Assembly: GCA_046728155.1 (NCBI GenBank)
Contig: JBKPDY010000124.1
Location: 236 to 64,235 of the forward strand
Direction of reading: 5' to 3'
Source: Actinomycetota bacterium
Lineage (GTDB): Bacteria; Actinomycetota; Actinomycetes; Mycobacteriales; Micromonosporaceae
DNA: 64,000 bases
Of this stretch, positions 42,331-57,932 are shown in pieces. Each line of letters starts with the position of its first letter. The first letter of the stretch is position 1. A model generated the notes under the pieces. The model did no database searches. It worked only from the letters and a program-made list of their open reading frames with translations, and was not told the origin of the DNA. Made by a program: the position numbers and the translations under genes.

Positions 42331-44322
42331 CTACCAGAGTTCTCGGGGGTCGATCTGAATCCGGACGACCCCCTCGGCTTTCCGCGCGCTACGCACGCCG
42401 GCCGCCTCGCGTAACGCAACCGCCAGCGCGGCGCCGGCCGTACGCGACGGTGCGCGCACGAGAATGCGTTCCTCGTCTCCAACCGGCACCGGCCCGAGCG
42501 TCTCGGCGCCCTCGGGCAGGTCAACCAGCGCGAGTAGGTCGGTCACGGCGTCGGCGGCCCCGGTGAGGCTCGCCATCCGTGCCGCCGGCGGGAAGCCGAG
42601 TTCCCGCCGCTCGGCCAGTTCCCGTGCCGCGAACGTCGCCGGATCCCACCGCAGCAGTGCCTGGACCGGGGGCAGTGCCCCGTCGGCGACAACCACCACC
42701 CGTCCGTCCTCAGGCGCCGGGCGCGCCAACGTGGCCGCGGCCAGCCATCGCCGCAGGGTCTCCTCGGCAGCCCGCAGGTCGGCTCGGGTCAGCAGCGCCC
42801 AGCCGTCGAGCAGGAGGACCGCACCGTACCCGCCGGCCGCAACGGGTTCCGCTCCGGGCGTGGCGACGACGATCGCTGGCTCGGCCGCCACGCTTGTCAA
42901 CACGCCGTCGCGTCCTGAGGTCCGTACCGGCGTGCCGGCGAACGCGCGGCCCAACTCTTCTGCCGTACGGCTGGCGCCCACGACCGACGCACGCAACCGA
43001 CGCCCGCTACACCGGTGGCAGACGAAGTCGGCCGCTGGTCGGCCACACCAGCGGCAGGCGGCGACCGCATGCGAGGACCGCAGCTCGAGCGGACCCGAGC
43101 AGCGCCCGCATCGCGCCGGGGTGTGACAGTCCACACAGGACACCGCCGGAACGTAGCCGTGGCGGGGAACCTGGATCAGGACCGGGGCGCCGGCGGCCAA
43201 CGCGTCACGGGCCGTGCGCCAGGCCAGACTCGGCAGGCGCGCGCTCGCGGCGGCGGGGTCACGCTCCCGATCGATGTCGTCCCCGGTTGGGGTGACGGCC
43301 GGCGCCCGGCTCCGGACGGTGTCGCGGGCCGCCGTGAGCGGTTGTGCCCATCGCGTCTCGACCAGCAGCTGCGCCTCACAGCTGCGCGCGGTCGCCGCGA
43401 CCAGCGCGCCCGCCTCGGCGAGCTGCGCCCGGGTCAGGAGCACCTGCAGCGCGTGCGGGTACGGCGCCCGGGGTTCGGCGTGCAGGTCGTCACCGTCGTC
43501 CCAGATCACCACCAACCCGAGGTCGGCCATCGGCGCGAACGCCGCCGAGCGGGTGCCGATCACACAGCGGGTCTGCCGCCGGCTCGCCCGCAGGAATCTC
43601 CGGTACCGCTCGGCCGGACCGAGTCCCGCCTGCAGAGTGACGTAATGTTGCCCGCCGAGTACGGCCGACATCGCCGCGTCCAGCAGCTCCAGGTCGCGAC
43701 CGTCGGGCACGACGGCGACGACGCCGCGTCCACCGTGGATAGTCGCAGCGGCGGCGTCGGCGATGCGGGCCGCCCAGTCCTCGCCCGGGAGCACCGTGAG
43801 TACCGCCCGTGCGGGCCTACCCTCGCGCAGCGCGGCAAGGAAGTCAGGCCCGTTGCGGTATAACCGCCAGGCCGCATGGTCGGCCTCGGCCGCGGGCGGC
43901 GGACCGGGTCGGGTGGCCGACTGACCCTCGGCTCGCGCGTGCCGGGGCGGTACCGCCAGCCGGAGTACGTCGGCCAGGGTTCCGGCGTACCGGTCGGCTA
44001 CGGCCCGGGCCAGTTCGGCCACCTCGGGGCGCAGCACGGGCTCGGCGGAGGTGACCCGGTCGAGATGGGCGAGCTGGCCGTCATGGTCGGACCGGTCGAG
44101 GCGCTCCAAAATGAATCCATCGACGAGCCTGCCGGCGAACCGGACCCGTACCCGGCACCCTGGGACCGCGGCGTCGGCGAGCTCGGGGGGAACCAGGTAG
44201 TCGAACGTCCGGTCCAGGTGCGCCAGCGACACGTCCACCGACACCCGCGCCACCGGCAGTGTCGTCGCCGGCGTCCGGCGCTTCGGCTCCGTCGGGGCCG
44301 CGGGTGGGTCGGCATGTACCAC
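42331..44322 (-). CDS. priA: primosomal protein N' (PriA) homologue with degenerate helicase ATPase motifs
   Basis: 663 aa. N-terminal 3'-DNA-binding domain, Cys-rich zinc region CVDCHTPARCGRCSGPL...CRWCG...CHRCSG and a C-terminal domain. The Walker A position reads LPGEDWA and the DEEH position reads WDDGDD. Confidence 0.85.
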   Translation of the reverse strand: MVHADPPAAPTEPKRRTPATTLPVARVSVDVSLAHLDRTFDYLVPPELADAAVPGCRVRVRFAGRLVDGFILERLDRSDHDGQLAHLDRVTSAEPVLRPEVAELARAVADRYAGTLADVLRLAVPPRHARAEGQSATRPGPPPAAEADHAAWRLYRNGPDFLAALREGRPARAVLTVLPGEDWAARIADAAAATIHGGRGVVAVVPDGRDLELLDAAMSAVLGGQHYVTLQAGLGPAERYRRFLRASRRQTRCVIGTRSAAFAPMADLGLVVIWDDGDDLHAEPRAPYPHALQVLLTRAQLAEAGALVAATARSCEAQLLVETRWAQPLTAARDTVRSRAPAVTPTGDDIDRERDPAAASARLPSLAWRTARDALAAGAPVLIQVPRHGYVPAVSCVDCHTPARCGRCSGPLELRSSHAVAACRWCGRPAADFVCHRCSGRRLRASVVGASRTAEELGRAFAGTPVRTSGRDGVLTSVAAEPAIVVATPGAEPVAAGGYGAVLLLDGWALLTRADLRAAEETLRRWLAAATLARPAPEDGRVVVVADGALPPVQALLRWDPATFAARELAERRELGFPPAARMASLTGAADAVTDLLALVDLPEGAETLGPVPVGDEERILVRAPSRTAGAALAVALREAAGVRSARKAEGVVRIQIDPRELW

Positions 44323-44379
44323 GCGCCCGTGTCTACCAGACGCGGCGGGTCTCAGGGCACGACCGCGGCGCTGGGCGGG

Positions 44380-45573
<1,194 letters not shown>

Positions 45574-45758
45574 GATGCTCCCTGAGTGTTGGCAGTCTGG
45601 AACGGTTGTGTGGAACGGATCCGCGGCCCTGCGGTGTCGCGAGTCTAACGCGGTCGGCGTTTCGCGATGTGACCGGCTGACAGCGGCCACATCCGCCCGT
45701 CAGTGTCACACCGGGCCGGCCGGGCCGGGGCGGAATCACCCGTACGGCCGCGAATGGG

Positions 45759-46961
45759 TCAACGTCGCGCTGACGACAGGCGGGCGACGACGAGATCCCA
45801 GACCGCGTCGGCGATCTCCTCCTTGGCCGCCTCGGGGACAAGTGTCGTGGATCCGTCCGAACCCAGGACCGTCACGGCGTTGCGGTCCCGTCCGAAAACT
45901 TTGTCCCGGCCGACCTCGTTGACGACGATCAGGTCGGCCCGCTTGCGGGCGAGCTTCGAACGGGCGTTGGCGAGGATGTCGTCGGTCTCCGCCGCGAACG
46001 CGACCAGCACCTGGCCGGCCGGTTTGCGCTCGCCCAGTTCGGCGGCGATGTCGGGGTTCGTGACAAGCCGCAGGACCGGGGCGGATCCGTCCTGGGCCTT
46101 CTTGATCTTCGAGTCGGCGTACTCGGCCGGCCGGAAGTCGGCCGGTGCGGCCGCCATCACCACCGCGTCGGCGTCGGCGGCGGCGTCGAGGGTCGCCTTG
46201 CGGAGTTCCTCGGTCGTTCCGACCCCGATGAACGTCACCCCGGCCGGACCGGGCAGGTCGACGTTGGCGGCGATCAGCGTGACCCGGCCACCCCTGGCCA
46301 CGGCCGTACGGGCCAGGGCGTATCCCTGCTTGCCGGAGGACCGGTTGCCCAGGAACCGGACCGGGTCGAGCGGTTCACGGGTGCCGCCGGCGGTGACGAC
46401 GACGTGGCGCCCGGCAAGATCGGTCGTGGCGGTGTTGCCACGGCGAAGCACGCGACGCAGCACCTGGAAGATCTCCACCGGATCGGGTAGCCGGCCCTTG
46501 CCGGTGTCGGCGCCGGTGAGCCGCCCGCTGGCCGGCTCCAGCACGAGCACCCCCCGCCGGCGCAGTGTGGCGACGTTCTCCATCGTCGCGGGATGCTCCC
46601 ACATCTCGGTATGCATGGTGGGCGCCATCACGACCGGACAGCGCGCCGTGAGCAGTGTGTTGGTCAACAGGTCGTCGGCTAAACCGTGCGCGGCCCGGGC
46701 GATCAGGTCGGCGGTGGCCGGCGCGACGACGATGAGATCGGCCTGCTGTCCGATCCGCACGTGTGGCACCTCGTGCGCGTCATCCCAGACGTCGGTCGCG
46801 ATCGGCCGGCCAGACAGAGCCGCCCAGGTCGGCTCGCCGACGAACCGCAACGCGGACGCGGTCGGTACCACGCGTACCTCGTGGCCCGATTCCGTGAGCA
46901 GGCGCAACAGCTCACACGCCTTGTATGCGGCGATTCCTCCGGTGACGCCGAGCACGATCAC
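45759..46961 (-). CDS. coaBC: bifunctional phosphopantothenoylcysteine decarboxylase / phosphopantothenate--cysteine ligase
   Basis: From ORF 45759..47108. GVTGGIAAYK flavin motif. Start trimmed to the GTG 9 nt after GGAGAGG, downstream of the rpoZ stop. Confidence 0.9.
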   Translation of the reverse strand: MIVLGVTGGIAAYKACELLRLLTESGHEVRVVPTASALRFVGEPTWAALSGRPIATDVWDDAHEVPHVRIGQQADLIVVAPATADLIARAAHGLADDLLTNTLLTARCPVVMAPTMHTEMWEHPATMENVATLRRRGVLVLEPASGRLTGADTGKGRLPDPVEIFQVLRRVLRRGNTATTDLAGRHVVVTAGGTREPLDPVRFLGNRSSGKQGYALARTAVARGGRVTLIAANVDLPGPAGVTFIGVGTTEELRKATLDAAADADAVVMAAAPADFRPAEYADSKIKKAQDGSAPVLRLVTNPDIAAELGERKPAGQVLVAFAAETDDILANARSKLARKRADLIVVNEVGRDKVFGRDRNAVTVLGSDGSTTLVPEAAKEEIADAVWDLVVARLSSARR

Positions 46962-47004
46962 TCTTGGCGGCCTCTCCGCGGCCGGACCCGCCGCGCCATC
47001 GGAG

Positions 47005-47268
47005 CTACTCCTCGGTCTTCTCCGCGGTGAGGAGGCTGCTGTTGATCTCGCGGAGCGCGATCGAGAGCGGCTTCTCCTGCGGCGTGGTCTCGACCAGCGG
47101 CCCGACATATTCGAGCAGGCCTTCGCCGAGCTGGCTGTAGTACGCGTTGATCTGCCTCGCGCGCTTGGCTGCGAAGATCACGAGCGCATACTTCGACGAC
47201 GTCTTCTCGAGCAGCTCGTCGATGGGCGGGTTGGTGATCCCTTCAGGGGTCGCCACGGTTCCAGACAC
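47005..47268 (-). CDS. rpoZ: DNA-directed RNA polymerase subunit omega
   Basis: 87 aa. [31 protein letters not shown]. Confidence 0.93.
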   Translation of the reverse strand: MSGTVATPEGITNPPIDELLEKTSSKYALVIFAAKRARQINAYYSQLGEGLLEYVGPLVETTPQEKPLSIALREINSSLLTAEKTEE

Positions 47269-47301
47269 GGGAAGATCCTTCAGTCGTTCGAGAATGTCGA
47301 C

Positions 47302-47895
47302 TCAACTCAGCTGGTGAGTCATGTGTGAACGCAGCAATGCTAGCAAGTCGTCGGCCGCCTGTTCGACGTGGCGGTTGACGATTGTCACATCGAAGTCCGG
47401 TTGGGCCGCCATTTCCTCGCGGGCATGGTCGAGTCGGTGCCGGACCGTCGCCGGATCGTCGGTGCCCCGGCCGATCAACCTGCGTTGCAGTTCGTCCCAG
47501 CTGGGCGGAGCGAGGAAGACCAGCTGTGCCTCCGGCATGGCCTCGCGCACCTGGCGGGCGCCCTGCAGGTCGATCTTCAACAAGACAGGCTGGCCTGCCC
47601 GGAGTCGCTCGGTCACGGCGGCGCGTGGCGTTCCGTAGAGATTGCCGGCGAACTCGGCCCACTCGAGCAGCTCGCCAGCGGCGATCATGCGCTCGAACTC
47701 GAGCCGCTCGACGAAGTAGTAGTGGACCCCGTCGACCTCGTACGGCCGCATCCGCCTCGTCGTCACCGACACCGAAAGCCACACCCACGGCGCGCGTGCC
47801 CGGATCAGCTCGATCACGCTGTCTTTGCCGACCCCCGAGGGGCCGGACAGGACGGTGAGCCGAGCCGGTGCCGGGCGCGTCGCGTCGTTGTTCAC
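47302..47895 (-). CDS. gmk: guanylate kinase
   Basis: P-loop GPSGVGK. 197 aa. Confidence 0.93.
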   Translation of the reverse strand: MNNDATRPAPARLTVLSGPSGVGKDSVIELIRARAPWVWLSVSVTTRRMRPYEVDGVHYYFVERLEFERMIAAGELLEWAEFAGNLYGTPRAAVTERLRAGQPVLLKIDLQGARQVREAMPEAQLVFLAPPSWDELQRRLIGRGTDDPATVRHRLDHAREEMAAQPDFDVTIVNRHVEQAADDLLALLRSHMTHQLS

Positions 47896-47976
47896 TGCTC
47901 AGTTCTACCGGATTCCATCAGGCGCCAGGCTCACATGACGCCAACATCGGCGGCGGCGTCACCGTGGCTGCCGGCG

Positions 47977-48300
47977 TCATTTGCCCCCGACCGTGAACTC
48001 GGCCAGGAGCGCCTTTCGCTGTTGTTCGCCGAGCCCGCGCAGTCGCCGACTCTCGGCGATCTTCAACTTCTCCATGATCTGCGTGGCGCGCACCTTGCCG
48101 ATGCCGGGCATCGACTGGAGTACGGCCGACACCTTGAGCTTTCCGGCGACCTCGTCGGCCTCAGCCTGGTCGAGCACCTTGGTCAAGGTAGTTTTTCCCG
48201 CTTTGAGCTGCTCCTTGAGCTGTGCGCGGGCTTTGCGAATTTCCGCAGCCTTCTCCAGCGCAGCGGCGCGCTCTTCGGGGCTGAGCTTGGGAAGCGGCAC
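47977..48300 (-). CDS. mihF: actinobacterial integration host factor (mIHF/sIHF)
   Basis: MPLPKLSPEERAAALEKAAEIRKARA...SMPGIGKVRA. 107 aa. Confidence 0.92.
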   Translation of the reverse strand: MPLPKLSPEERAAALEKAAEIRKARAQLKEQLKAGKTTLTKVLDQAEADEVAGKLKVSAVLQSMPGIGKVRATQIMEKLKIAESRRLRGLGEQQRKALLAEFTVGGK

Positions 48301-48351
48301 CAGATCTCCTCGGTCCCTCGTGGACAGCTGGGTGTAGCACCAGCGCGGGGA

Positions 48352-48380
48352 AAACTAGTGCTCAGCGAGGCGTTTGGCAA
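48352..48380 (-). promoter_or_regulatory. candidate housekeeping-sigma promoter for mihF
   Basis: Sense strand has TTGCCA, a 17-nt spacer, then TAGTTT. It lies about 50 nt upstream of the mihF ATG. Confidence 0.4.
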
Positions 48381-48422
48381 CGCAAGTGCATCGAAACGCC
48401 TACCGTGGCGCAGGGAGACAAT

Positions 48423-49262
48423 TCACGGAATCGGATCTTTCAGTACTTTTCGACAATCCGCCACAGCCTGGGCGGCGGCCTGCCGCAACGCCTCGACCCG
48501 CGGTCCCGATCGAAGCACCTCGCGGGAGTACGACGGCAGCAACAGGCCCGTCAGCCCGGCGAACATATGCAGATCATCGGCCACCGCACCCTGCGCCCCG
48601 AGTCCGGGAGCCAGGACGGGGCCGTTGAGGCGGCTGAGGTCCAGGCCCGTCGCCTTGTCCGTTGCGCCGACTACGATCCCGACCGAGCCGAGTCGTGCCG
48701 CCCCTTCATTGACCGCGCTGACCTCGTCAACTACCGCCTGCGCCACGGTTACCCCGGCTCCGGTCCGGGCCTGTTGCACCTGGTGACTGTCCGGGTTGGA
48801 GGTACGGGCGAGGACGAAGACGCCGCCGTGGTGTCGCCGCGCCTCGGCCAGCATCGGTTCCAGGGAACCAGGTCCGAGGTAAGGACTCACCGTCATGGCA
48901 TCGGCATACAACGGGCTGGCCGGGTTCAGGTACGCCTCGGCGTACGCCTGAGCGGTGGAGGCGATATCGCCGCGTTTGACGTCGACCAGCACGATCGCTC
49001 CCGCATCGCGGGACTGTCGGATTGCCGACTCTAGCACGGCAATTCCGGCAGAACCGAAACGCTCGAAAAATGCCGATTGCGGCTTCAGGACCGCCACGCG
49101 ATCGGCCAACGCATCGACGACCGTTGTGGCGAACATCTCCAATCCTTCGGCCGAGTCCGGCAGCCCCCACTCGGCGAGAAGGCTTGCGTGCGGGTCGATC
49201 CCGACGCACAGTGGCCCGCGTTCGTCGACCGCCTCGGCCAAGCGCTCACCGAACGTCTTCAT
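48423..49262 (-). CDS. pyrF: orotidine 5'-phosphate decarboxylase
   Basis: From ORF 48423..49322. The ATG at 49262 overlaps the pyrD stop (ATGA). LCVGIDPH motif. Confidence 0.92.
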   Translation of the reverse strand: MKTFGERLAEAVDERGPLCVGIDPHASLLAEWGLPDSAEGLEMFATTVVDALADRVAVLKPQSAFFERFGSAGIAVLESAIRQSRDAGAIVLVDVKRGDIASTAQAYAEAYLNPASPLYADAMTVSPYLGPGSLEPMLAEARRHHGGVFVLARTSNPDSHQVQQARTGAGVTVAQAVVDEVSAVNEGAARLGSVGIVVGATDKATGLDLSRLNGPVLAPGLGAQGAVADDLHMFAGLTGLLLPSYSREVLRSGPRVEALRQAAAQAVADCRKVLKDPIP

Positions 49263-50535
49263 CCGTCGACTCCGCTCCCTTCGGTGTTCTCGCGATGATC
49301 GGCGTCCTCCGAACACCTGCACCCCAGGCGGTCGCGTTTGTTCGGAAAGGGCCGATCATGCGAGGGTTGGTTCCCGCCCACCGCGGCTTTTGCACGGTTT
49401 GTCGGGATAGGTTCGGGCACCGGTCGCACGTGATCGGCGTTGTCGTACCGGACGCGACGACCATCGTCGCGTTTCGTGCCATGACGGCGATCTTGCTGGG
49501 GTTGCGCGATCCCAGAGGCCAGAGCCAGGGCAGTCGCGCGCACAAGGGCAGGACCGCGGTAGATCAGTCCGGTGTACAACTGCACCAGGCTCGCTCCGGC
49601 ATCGGCCAACGCCAACCCGTCGTCCGGGTCGAGAATCCCACCGACACCGACGATCGGCAGGGCGCCGCCGGTCTCCTTGTGGATGAAGCCGACCACGTGC
49701 CGGACCCGGCCGGTCAGCGGTCGCCCGCTCAGGCCGCCGGCCCGTTCGCCGCGCAGCAGGTCCGTTGCCGCCAGACCCGTACGGGACAGGGTGGTGTTCG
49801 TGGCGATCACCCCGGCGACCCCGCGCCGCAGGCACACGTCCAGGGCGTCGGCGATCGCGGCGTCGGTCAGGTCCGGGGCGAGCTTGACCAGCAGCGGCGT
49901 GCCCGCGGACTCCGCCCGCAATGCGGCGAGCAGCTCGTCCAGCCGGTCGCGCTCCTGCAGCGACCGGAGCCCAGGGGTGTTCGGCGAACTCACGTTGACC
50001 GCGAAGTAGTCACCGTACGGACGCAGTACCCGGAACGCGGCGAGGTAGTCGGCCACGGCGTCGGTCAATGGCGTGACCTTCGACTTGCCGAGGCTGATCC
50101 CGATCGGAACCCGGATCCGGCCGGCCGCACGGACCGCGGCCAGCCGGCGGGACAGCGCCTCGGCGCCGGCATTGTTGAAACCCATCCGGTTGATCAACGC
50201 GGATGAGTCGCGCAGGCGGAAAACGCGCGGTCGGTCGCTTCCCGGCTGTTCATGCCAGGTCACCGTGCCGACCTCGACGAAGCCGAACCCGAGCGCCGGC
50301 CACGCCGTCAACGCGACGCCGTCCTTGTCCATCCCCGCGGCGAGCCCGACCCGGTTCGGGAACATGAGTCCGAAGACTTCGGCCGGCTCTGTCACGGCAT
50401 ACCGCTGGCGCAGCCCGGATAGCGCCCACGCCGGCAACCTGTGCAGGCGGCGCAGGGTCCACTCGTGGGCCGCCTCCGCGTCCCCGTGCCCGAGCCGGAA
50501 CAGGACCGGTCGGGCCACAGCCTCGTACACGCTCC

Positions 50536-50539
<4 letters not shown>
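49259..50539 (-). CDS. pyrD: dihydroorotate dehydrogenase (quinone) with atypical ~80-codon 3' extension
   Basis: The class-2 DHODH core ends near [20 protein letters not shown]. The frame then continues for ~83 codons of low GC3 until the ATGA overlap with pyrF. Confidence 0.85.
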
Positions 50540-53845
<3,306 letters not shown>

Positions 53846-53853
<8 letters not shown>

Positions 53854-54955
53854 GCGCGCCGACCAGTTCGGTGAATCTATCGAAAAGATAGTCCGCGTCG
53901 TGTGTACCGGCCGCCGCCTCCGGGTGGTACTGGACTGTGAACGCCGGTACGTCCAGACAGCGCAGGCCTTCGACGACGCCGTCGTTGAGGCACACGTGGC
54001 TCACCTCGACCCGGCCGAAGTCCGTTTCCGTCACGCCGTCCACCGGCGCCTGTATTGCGAAACCGTGGTTGTGCGACGTGACCCCCACCCGCCCGGTCAC
54101 CCGGTCGAGCACCGGCTGGTTGATACCGCGGTGGCCGTACCCGAGCTTGTACGTCTCGAATCCCAGTGCCCGCCCAAGGATCTGGCTACCGAAGCAGATG
54201 CCGAACAGGGGAACGCGCCGGCTCAGGACCGCCCGGGCCAGACCGACCGCATGTCCCGCGGTCGCCGGGTCGCCGGGGCCGGGCGAGAAGAAGACCGCGT
54301 CCGGTGTGACCGCGAGCAGATCGTCCAGAGTGGACGACGCCGGCAGGACGTGCGTCGTGACTCCCCGAATGGCGAGCCGCCGGGTCACGTTGCGCTTGAT
54401 CCCCAGGTCGAGCGCGGCCACGGTGAACCGGCGCTCGCCAACTGCGTCCACTGTGTACGCCTGGGGAGTGGAGACCTCGGCCGACAGGTCTGCCCCGAGC
54501 ATCGGCGGCGAGGCCAGCACCCGCTCCTGTAGCAAGACCGGATCGGTCTCCACACTGGACACCCCCGCCCGCATCGCGCCCCGCTCGCGCAGGTGACGGG
54601 TGAGCGCGCGAGTGTCGATGCCGCAGATGCCGACGACTCCTTCGGCGGCCAGCCGGTCCTCCAGACCACCGGTTGACCGCCAGTTCGACGGGGTACGCGT
54701 GGGATCCCGGACGACATAACCGGCAACCCAGAAGCGGTCGGACTCGTCGTCCTCGCCGTTGACACCGGTGTTCCCGACGTGCGGGGCGGTCTGCACCACG
54801 ACCTGACGGTGGTACGACGGGTCGGTCAAGGTCTCCTGGTAACCGGTGACCCCGGTGGTGAAGACCGCTTCGCCGAAGGTCTCCCCCAGACTGCCGTAGG
54901 CTTCGCCGTGGAATGTCCGGCCGTCCTCGAGGACGAGCAGCGCCTCCCTCCGCAT
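53846..54955 (-). CDS. carA: carbamoyl-phosphate synthase small subunit
   Basis: From ORF 53846..55021. Glutamine amidotransferase Cys region GICFGSQ and HNHGF. The ATG at 54955 shares 1 nt with the pyrC stop (TGATG). Confidence 0.92.
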
Positions 54956-56238
54956 CACCGGGTCGCCTTCCCGTCCAGGACCGTCGGCCGTCCATGGTGG
55001 AACGTAGCCATTACCCGGCAAGGCAACGTCATCCCGGCGTAGGGTGTGTTCCGACTTCTACTGGCCAATGTGGATGGTTCGACCGTCCACTGTGCCGACG
55101 GATCCACCAGGGTGAGGTTCGCCGGCTGTCCCACCACCGGGTCGTGGCCGTGCTCCGACAGGCCGGCGATCCGAGCTGGCGCGCGGCTCGTCCGCTGGGC
55201 GATCCCATCCCAGCCCAGCGGTTCCAGCACAGCGTCGACCACAATGGACAGAGCCGTCTCGAGACCCAGCATGCCGGGCCTGGCATAGGACCACTCGCAC
55301 TCCTTGTCCTGCACGGCGTGCGGGGCATGATCGGTGGCGACCGCGTCGATGACACCCTCCACCAGAGCGTCGCGCAGGGCCGACACATCCTCACGCGTAC
55401 GCAAGGGTGGGTTGACCTTGAAGACCGGGTCGTACCCCTCGGCCATCTCGTCGGTGAGCAGAAGGTGATGCGGAGTCACCTCCGCGGTGACCCGGACGCC
55501 CCGTCGCTTCGCCCAGCGCACTATCTCCACCGAGCCCGCGGTGGAGACGTGACAGACGTGCAGGCGGGCGCCAACGTGTCCGGCGAGGAGTACGTCGCGG
55601 GCGATGATCGCCTCCTCGGCGACGGCCGGCCACCCGCGCAGGCCCAGCCGGGCCGAGACCACGCCCTCATGCAGCTGCGCCTCCTCGGTCAACCGCGGCT
55701 CCTCCGCGTGCTGAGCGATCACCCCGTCGAACGCCTTCACGTACTCCAGGGCCCGGCGCATCAGCCGCGGGTCGGCTACGCAGTGCCCATCGTCGGAGAA
55801 GACCCGCACGCGGGCGGCGGAGTCGGCCATCGCCCCGAGCTCGGCGAGGCGTTCCCCGGCTAGACCGACGGTCACGGCCCCGACCGGCTGCACGTCGACC
55901 AGACCCGCCTCCCGGCCCAGCCGCCACACCTGCTCCACCACACCGGCGGTATCGGCCACGGGCGAGGTGTTCGCCATCGCGCAGATTGCGGTGTACCCGC
56001 CCATGGCCGCCGCCCGCGATCCCGACTCGACCGTCTCCGCGTCCTCCCGCCCGGGCTCGCGCAGATGCGTGTGCAGGTCGACCAGCCCCGGCAGGGCGAT
56101 CAACCCGTCGGCGTCGACCAGTTCGGCCCCGCGTACGGTCAGCCTGCGCCCGATCTGCCCGATCACGCCGTCCCGGATGAGAAGGTCGATCGGCTCGGCT
56201 CCGGCGAGGCTCGCTCCCCTGATCAGGTATCCGGTCAC
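54955..56238 (-). CDS. pyrC: dihydroorotase
   Basis: [10 protein letters not shown] metal-binding motif. 427 aa. Confidence 0.94.
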   Translation of the reverse strand: MTGYLIRGASLAGAEPIDLLIRDGVIGQIGRRLTVRGAELVDADGLIALPGLVDLHTHLREPGREDAETVESGSRAAAMGGYTAICAMANTSPVADTAGVVEQVWRLGREAGLVDVQPVGAVTVGLAGERLAELGAMADSAARVRVFSDDGHCVADPRLMRRALEYVKAFDGVIAQHAEEPRLTEEAQLHEGVVSARLGLRGWPAVAEEAIIARDVLLAGHVGARLHVCHVSTAGSVEIVRWAKRRGVRVTAEVTPHHLLLTDEMAEGYDPVFKVNPPLRTREDVSALRDALVEGVIDAVATDHAPHAVQDKECEWSYARPGMLGLETALSIVVDAVLEPLGWDGIAQRTSRAPARIAGLSEHGHDPVVGQPANLTLVDPSAQWTVEPSTLASRSRNTPYAGMTLPCRVMATFHHGRPTVLDGKATR

Positions 56239-57164
56239 CGGCGTCCGCCTCCCAGCATCAGGTAGAGGACGGCCATCCGGATGCTGACCCCGTTGGCCAC
56301 CTGTTCGACGACGGTCGACCGGGCCGAGTCGGCCACGTCGGGGGCGATCTCCATGCCACGGTTCATCGGACCTGGGTGCATCACGATCGCATGTCCCGGC
56401 AGAGCCCGTACCCGGTCGGCGTCGAGCCCGTACCGGCGGGCGTACTCACGCTCGGAGGGGAAGTACGAGTCGCTCATCCGTTCGCGCTGGACCCGCAGCA
56501 TCATGACCACGTCGGCACCGGCCAGCACCGCGTCGAGGTCGTAGCTCACGTCCGCCGGCCAGGCGTCCACACCGACCGGTAGCAGCGTCGGCGGCCCGAC
56601 AAGCGTGACGTGCGCGCCGAGAGTGTGCAGCAGATGCACGTTCGACCGGGCGACCCGGCTGTGCAGCACGTCGCCGACGATCGCGACCTTCAGGCCCTCG
56701 ACCCGGCCATGGCGGCTGCGCATGGTGTACGCGTCGAGAAGGGCCTGGGTCGGGTGTTCGTGGGTGCCGTCACCGGCGTTGAGCACCGACCCGTCGACCC
56801 ATTGCGCGAGCCGGTGCGGCGCGCCGCTCGCCGGATGGCGGATCACTACCGCGTCCGCCCCCATCGCCTGCAGGGTCAGCGCGGTGTCCTTCAGGCTCTC
56901 CCCTTTGGACACGCTTGACCCCTTGGCCGAGAAGTTGATCACGTCCGCACTGAGCCGCTTGGCCGCCGCTTCGAACGAGATGCGGGTACGGGTCGAGTCC
57001 TCGTAGAACAGGTTCACCACCGTCCGCCCGCGCAGGGTCGGCAGCTTCTTCACCTCACGGCCGGCGGTCGCGGCCATCTCGGTGGCTGTGTCCAGCACGG
57101 CGACGGCCGCCCGGCGGTCCAGGTCGGCCGCGCTCAGCAGGTGTCTGATGCCCAGGCCGCTCAT
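56235..57164 (-). CDS. pyrB: aspartate carbamoyltransferase catalytic subunit
   Basis: [11 protein letters not shown] and [10 protein letters not shown] motifs. Confidence 0.95.
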   Translation of the reverse strand: MSGLGIRHLLSAADLDRRAAVAVLDTATEMAATAGREVKKLPTLRGRTVVNLFYEDSTRTRISFEAAAKRLSADVINFSAKGSSVSKGESLKDTALTLQAMGADAVVIRHPASGAPHRLAQWVDGSVLNAGDGTHEHPTQALLDAYTMRSRHGRVEGLKVAIVGDVLHSRVARSNVHLLHTLGAHVTLVGPPTLLPVGVDAWPADVSYDLDAVLAGADVVMMLRVQRERMSDSYFPSEREYARRYGLDADRVRALPGHAIVMHPGPMNRGMEIAPDVADSARSTVVEQVANGVSIRMAVLYLMLGGGRR

Positions 57165-57742
57165 GGCGTCGTGCTCCCCACGATGCGTACCTCGTCCATG
57201 CCGTCGATCTCGCGGAGGCGAACCTGGACCAGCTCGTCGATCGCGGTCGGGATGTTCTTGCCGACGTAGTCGGCCCGGATCGGCAGTTCCCGGTGCCCCC
57301 GATCGACCAGTACGGCCAGCTGTACCTGCTTGGGCCGGCCCAGGTCGGCCAAGGCGTCCAGCGCGGCCCGGATCGTCCGGCCCGAGTAGAGCACGTCGTC
57401 GACGAGGATGACCCGGCGCCCGTCGACCCCCCCTGGAGGGAGATCGGTCGGGCCGATCGCACGAGTGCCGCGCAGGCGCAGGTCGTCCCGGTAGAGCGTC
57501 ACGTCGAGGATGCCCGTACCGATCGCCGTACCCTCGAATGCCTGGATGCGTTCGGCGAGACGCCGGCTGAGCGGAACACCACGGGTGGGGATGCCGAGCA
57601 GAAGAGTGTCGCGGGCGCCGTCTGTCTTCTCCAGCACCTGATGGGCGATCCGGTCGACAATACGGGCCAGGTCGACACCGGAGACGATGCTCTTACCGAC
57701 ATCGGGCGCGTCGTCACGCGTCCCAATGACCTCACGAGCCAC
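57161..57742 (-). CDS. pyrR: bifunctional pyr operon regulator / uracil phosphoribosyltransferase
   Basis: From ORF 57161..57766. PRPP motif [13 protein letters not shown]. Start trimmed to the GTG 6 nt after GGAAGGAGG. Confidence 0.9.
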   Translation of the reverse strand: MAREVIGTRDDAPDVGKSIVSGVDLARIVDRIAHQVLEKTDGARDTLLLGIPTRGVPLSRRLAERIQAFEGTAIGTGILDVTLYRDDLRLRGTRAIGPTDLPPGGVDGRRVILVDDVLYSGRTIRAALDALADLGRPKQVQLAVLVDRGHRELPIRADYVGKNIPTAIDELVQVRLREIDGMDEVRIVGSTTP

Positions 57743-57748
57743 AGCGGA

Positions 57749-57776
57749 CCTCCTTCCCCGCCTCACGGGACGGGTC
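57749..57776 (-). promoter_or_regulatory. PyrR-binding RNA hairpin candidate overlapping the pyrR Shine-Dalgarno
   Basis: Sense RNA reads GACCCGUCCCGUGAGGCGGGGAAGGAGG. The loop UCCCGUGAGGC resembles the PyrR box (UCCAGAGAGGC) and is flanked by a CCCG/CGGG stem. Confidence 0.5.
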
Positions 57777-57932
57777 GTTAAAGGACGTCTAACTGGATAC
57801 CGAGCTTATCAATCATGGTGATGTAACCAACGGCAAGGGAGGAATACTTGACCGCGTGTCGCCGGGACAGTACCGTCACGCTCCGTAACGGTTGCTGGGG
57901 AGGAACCCCAGGCTCTCACTGGGGAGTGTCTG

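Noticed and set aside
45574-45758. A possible SAM riboswitch upstream of metK.
   Set aside because: I looked for the SAM-I and SAM-IV conserved cores on the sense strand and found none. There is only a long imperfect hairpin (TGTGAC...GTCACA, about 45672-45720) and a direct CCGGGCCGG repeat. This is more likely the coaBC terminator region.
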